Source: Enterobacteria phage P2-EC30. Taken from it: DNA of 2,187 bases. Of the stretch, positions 1 to 2,187 are shown one piece after another. The notes beneath the pieces are model-generated. The model saw only the letters and a list, made by a program, of their open reading frames with translations. It was not told the origin of the DNA and ran no database searches. Each line of letters opens with the position of its first letter. Positions within the stretch are counted from its first letter, which is position 1. The stretch is from the sequence record AJ512676.1; one strand, 5' to 3'. The translations under genes were made by a program, and so were the position numbers.

Positions 1-30
1 AATCCTGAATGGCCGGAAATGCCGCAATAA
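1..30 (+). CDS. 3' end (partial) of a tail fibre assembly protein gene, P2 gpG-like; start lies upstream of the window
   Basis: Frame 1 reads aat cct gaa tgg ccg gaa atg ccg caa TAA, giving N-P-E-W-P-E-M-P-Q-stop. Tail fibre assembly proteins of lambdoid and P2-like phages end with a similar EWPxxP motif (recalled from memory, not searched). GC-normal codons (ccg, gaa) contrast with the AT-rich cargo downstream. Position immediately upstream of a tail sheath gene fits P2 synteny (H-G-[variable]-FI). Confidence 0.5.
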   Translation, partial: NPEWPEMPQ

Positions 31-92
31 GTTGTATGAGCTCTGGTGGGAGCTTACATATCTATGGCACAGAGTAAAGCCTAATTTGACAG

Positions 93-120
93 TCCGCTCT
101 GTGCCAGAGGCGGACGTTTT
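93..120 (+). terminator. Candidate weak rho-independent terminator or hairpin downstream of the tail fibre assembly gene
   Basis: TCCGCTCTG (93-101) can pair with CAGAGGCGGA (105-114) with one bulge and a 3-nt loop, followed by ACGTTTT (114-120). An alternative 9-bp stem GGCACAGAG (66-74) / CTCTGTGCC (97-105) with a 22-nt loop overlaps it. The T-tract is short, so this is weak. Confidence 0.3.
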
Positions 121-171
121 GGGTATATTAACCTTACACTTCATGGATACTATTCAACATCTCTTTTAAAT

Positions 172-226
172 TATTGTAAAATCCGACGCATTCATTGATT
201 TACGGAAACTTGGCGTATTGTAAAAT
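172..226. repeat. Two exact copies of the 11-mer TATTGTAAAAT (172-182 and 216-226), 44 bp apart start to start, in the AT-rich region upstream of the cargo gene
   Basis: Direct reading of the sequence; both copies are identical on the + strand. Each contains a -10-like TAAAAT hexamer. Function unknown: could be tandem promoter elements or regulator-binding sites. Confidence 0.6.
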
Positions 227-312
227 TGAACATCAAGATTTACACTATGAAGGTTAGGATAGTTTGTTAAAAGCATAATGCATGAGGCCTGAATCAGTTT
301 ATTAAAGAAGTT

Positions 313-343
313 TTGTATGAATTAAGTGGGCTAAAAATATAAT
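313..343 (+). promoter_or_regulatory. Candidate sigma70-type promoter for the cargo gene: -35 TTGTAT (313-318), -10 TATAAT (338-343)
   Basis: Perfect consensus -10 hexamer TATAAT at 338-343. The -35-like TTGTAT at 313-318 has a 19-bp spacer, longer than optimal. It lies about 70 bp upstream of the preferred start codon at 412. Sequence-only prediction in AT-rich DNA, where such matches arise easily. Confidence 0.35.
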
Positions 344-411
344 TTTGAAGTATTTATGACTACATGATTCATATTCAATTATTTGAGTTAAATATTTTTC
401 ATGGAGAAATT

Positions 412-1779
412 ATGGACGTTAGAATATTCTCATTAGAATCTCAGAAGAGTAAAATTTATGATAGAAGAACTAGAAAATATTTTGAAGAGGTTTATAAGAG
501 CTATGCTAATGGTTGTTACCGTTCTGCTACCGTGATGCTATGGTCAGTAGTTGTATGTGATATTATTTTTAAGCTCCAAGAACTGCGAGATGTTCATAAC
601 GATGCTGTTGCGGAAAAGATATTATTAGAAATTGAAGCACTACAAAACGATGATCCTTACTCTCCTAAATGGGAAAAAGAGCTTATTAAAAGAGTTTTTG
701 AAAGAACTCAATTATTAGACACTGCTTCAAACCATAAAGTTTTACTTATTCAAAAACACAGGCATTTATCTGCCCATCCAGTAATAAGTGACGAAGATAC
801 GTTATTCGAGCCAACACAGGAAATGATTAGAAGTGACATTAGGAATAGTATAGAAGTAATATTAAGCAAGCCGCCATTTATGTCTCAAAAAATACTTTCC
901 ACATTTGTTGCAGATCTAGAAAAGGTAAAGGACCTATTCCCTTCCGATAACGCGCTAAAAAAATACTTAGATGTTAAATATTTCAAATCTTTAAACAAGG
1001 AAGTATTAGTTAAGATATTCAAGGGGTTGTGGAAGTTTTCGTTTAGATCTGAAGAAGCTAAGCCATTAGAAAATAGAGAGATAAATATCAGAGCTATGAA
1101 ACTGATATTTGAAAAAGACAGGCAAGCCATGGTGGACTCGGTTAAAGCAGAAACTGCTTATTACTCCAATATTTCCAATAACCATGATGCAATTAAGGCA
1201 CTAATTGAGTTCATTTCCATGGAGAAAGAAATATATAACGCCTTGGATGATTCAGTAAAAGAACTCATAAAGCCTATTATAAAAGATAACATATCTTATT
1301 TTGGAATAGCCTTTTTTATATCTGAATCGCCGGAGGAACACATTAATCGCGTAACAAAAAGAATATCTGAAAAATATTACAAAAAATACGGGGATAATGG
1401 GAATTTTCTCAACCAGCAACATTTGGCAATTTTTAAAAATGTTTGCAGCGAATTAGGTTTGGAATCAGAGTATCGCGATTTTGGAATTGCTTGTTTTATA
1501 AACAGCGCTGATTTCGAACGAGCCGATATATATTTTGATAGATTTATTGACAAAGACTTGGCTAATTACTCAAGCGAGCAAATGTTAACCCTGCTTGAAG
1601 GAGCAAACAAAAACAATCAATGTTATTGGCGAAATCGCTCTAGAAACGGTAACGATTCAATAAGAATATTAAAAGCAGCAAAAAATAAACTTCCCGATGG
1701 TTTTGATTTTTCTAAGTATGATAATCTTCCTGTAGATAAGATAGATCATGTTTTAGAAGAGGATGTTGGAGAAAGATAA
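412..1779 (+). CDS. Hypothetical protein, about 455 aa; possible HEPN-family (R-x4-H) RNase-like N-terminal domain with a large uncharacterised C-terminal region; candidate phage-borne defence or abortive-infection cargo gene
   Basis: Uninterrupted ORF in the supplied track (364-1779). I prefer the in-frame ATG at 412 because GGAG at 403-406 sits 5 nt upstream, whereas the ATG at 364 has no Shine-Dalgarno at a usable distance. Tandem stops TAA TAG at 1777-1782. AT-rich codon usage throughout, unlike the flanking genes. RHLSAH (nt 760-777) fits the HEPN R-x4-6-H motif and sits about 120 residues from the N-terminus, where HEPN domains usually place it. No Walker A, no obvious transmembrane segment and no signal peptide seen. 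The domain assignment rests on motif and position only, with no profile search. Confidence 0.85.
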
Positions 1780-1815
1780 TAGTTAAAGTTAACTAACAAA
1801 ATATGATTCAAATTC

Positions 1816-1847
1816 AATCTAGGTATCATTAGCCAGATACCTAGATT
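1816..1847 (+). terminator. Perfect 12-bp inverted repeat AATCTAGGTATC-N8-GATACCTAGATT; candidate terminator for the cargo gene or a protein-binding palindrome
   Basis: Arms at 1816-1827 and 1836-1847 are exact reverse complements, with an 8-nt loop ATTAGCCA. Begins 37 nt after the cargo stop codon. Followed by the T-rich but interrupted stretch TAAACTTTAAATTTCTGTTTCTATT, so terminator function is plausible but not classic. Confidence 0.4.
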
Positions 1848-1975
1848 TAAACTTTAAATTTCTGTTTCTATTATATGTAGGCGTAACGAATAATCATCCT
1901 TAAGAAATACCTTCTAGTCTCAGAACATAATAAGACCGAGACTTCGCTTCTCGCTCAAAGCAGACTGTCAGATTT

Positions 1976-1993
1976 GATAGCGTTTCGGCTATC
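1976..1993. repeat. Palindrome GATAGC-N6-GCTATC with partially symmetric flanks (ACTGTCAG ... TCAGT)
   Basis: 6-bp perfect inverted repeat arms at 1976-1981 and 1988-1993, spacer GTTTCG. Flanking sequence is partly symmetric, about 12 of 17 positions over 1964-2005. Could be a small hairpin or a dimeric regulator site; function unknown. Confidence 0.45.
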
Positions 1994-2033
1994 TAAATAG
2001 TCAGTCGGAAAATGAGTGAGTACAAATCAGGAC

Positions 2034-2061
2034 AGGCGGGCAGATTGCCCGCCTTTTCTTT
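2034..2061 (+). terminator. Rho-independent terminator (GC-rich stem-loop plus T-tract)
   Basis: GGCGGGC (2035-2041) pairs perfectly with GCCCGCC (2047-2053) around the 5-nt loop AGATT, followed directly by TTTTCTTT (2054-2061). Oriented for + strand transcription; on the - strand the stem is followed by TGTCC, not a U-tract. Confidence 0.7.
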
Positions 2062-2157
2062 ATCTGTTGTTTCATCCACTGACCAGCCAGGTCAAATAGC
2101 GTCTCATGTACTACCCAACGGAAAATAGTTGCACCCATTAACCACGGAGTTAAACGG

Positions 2158-2187
2158 ATGAGCGACTATCATCACGGCGTGCAGGTG
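2158..2187 (+). CDS. FI: 5' end (partial) of the phage tail sheath protein gene, P2 FI-like; continues beyond the window
   Basis: ATG at 2158 preceded by GGAG (2146-2149) at 8-nt spacing. Encoded N-terminus MSDYHHGVQV matches my recollection of the P2 gpFI tail sheath N-terminus (not verified by search). GC-normal codon usage. Only 10 codons are visible. Confidence 0.6.
   Translation, partial: MSDYHHGVQV

Noticed and set aside
364-411. Upstream ATG at 364 as the start codon, giving the 471-aa ORF of the supplied track
   Set aside because: No Shine-Dalgarno at a usable distance upstream of 364, and it would sit only about 20 nt after the consensus -10 hexamer. The in-frame ATG at 412 has GGAG 5 nt upstream. 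Not fully excluded.
885-1130. 81-aa ORF on the minus strand, entirely inside the large + strand gene
   Set aside because: It is fully antisense to a much longer, well-supported ORF. It has no recognisable ribosome-binding site, is low-complexity and AT-rich, and such ORFs arise readily by chance opposite AT-rich coding sequence.
1806-1817. Tandem hexamer ATTCAA ATTCAA
   Set aside because: Only two copies in AT-rich DNA and it overlaps the left arm region of the 12-bp palindrome. Too short to call a meaningful repeat on its own.
2065-2085. Exact Ogr-type TGT-N12-ACA late-promoter element
   Set aside because: No exact TGT-N12-ACA occurs between the terminator and the FI start; only one- or two-mismatch versions. 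Kept as a low-confidence note within a finding rather than as a feature.
2012-2131. Short + strand ORF of about 39 codons starting at ATG 2012 (MSEYKSGQAGRLPAF...)
   Set aside because: It reads straight through the GC-rich terminator hairpin and the presumed FI promoter, and has only a weak ribosome-binding site. Most likely a chance reading frame.
1-2187. CRISPR array, tRNA or rRNA gene, insertion sequence, or att-site direct repeats at the cargo boundaries
   Set aside because: No regularly spaced repeats, no cloverleaf-compatible segment, no transposase-like ORF or terminal inverted repeats, and no convincing direct repeats at the compositional boundaries near 120 and 1860.

Overview
The window reads as the gap between two conserved tail genes of a P2-like (Peduovirus-type) myophage or prophage, all on the + strand. 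Positions 1-30 are the last codons of an upstream gene ending ...NPEWPEMPQ*, which resembles the C-terminus of tail fibre assembly proteins (P2 gpG-like). Positions 2158-2187 are the first ten codons, MSDYHHGVQV, of what I recall as the P2 tail sheath protein FI. Between them sits one large AT-rich gene (412-1779, about 455 aa) with its own candidate promoter, ribosome-binding site and terminator. By hand count on sample stretches it is roughly 30% GC against roughly 50% in the flanks, so it looks like horizontally acquired cargo. This position matches the G-to-FI variable region of P2-like phages (the Z/fun locus in P2), known for accessory and anti-phage genes. The protein carries an R-x4-H motif (RHLSAH, aa 133-138 in ORF numbering) placed where a HEPN ribonuclease domain would have its catalytic motif, followed by about 300 aa with no motif I can recognise. 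My working call is a single-gene candidate defence or abortive-infection protein. I cannot tell from the sequence alone whether it is P2 fun(Z) itself or an undescribed cargo. No tRNA, rRNA, CRISPR array or transposase is visible.
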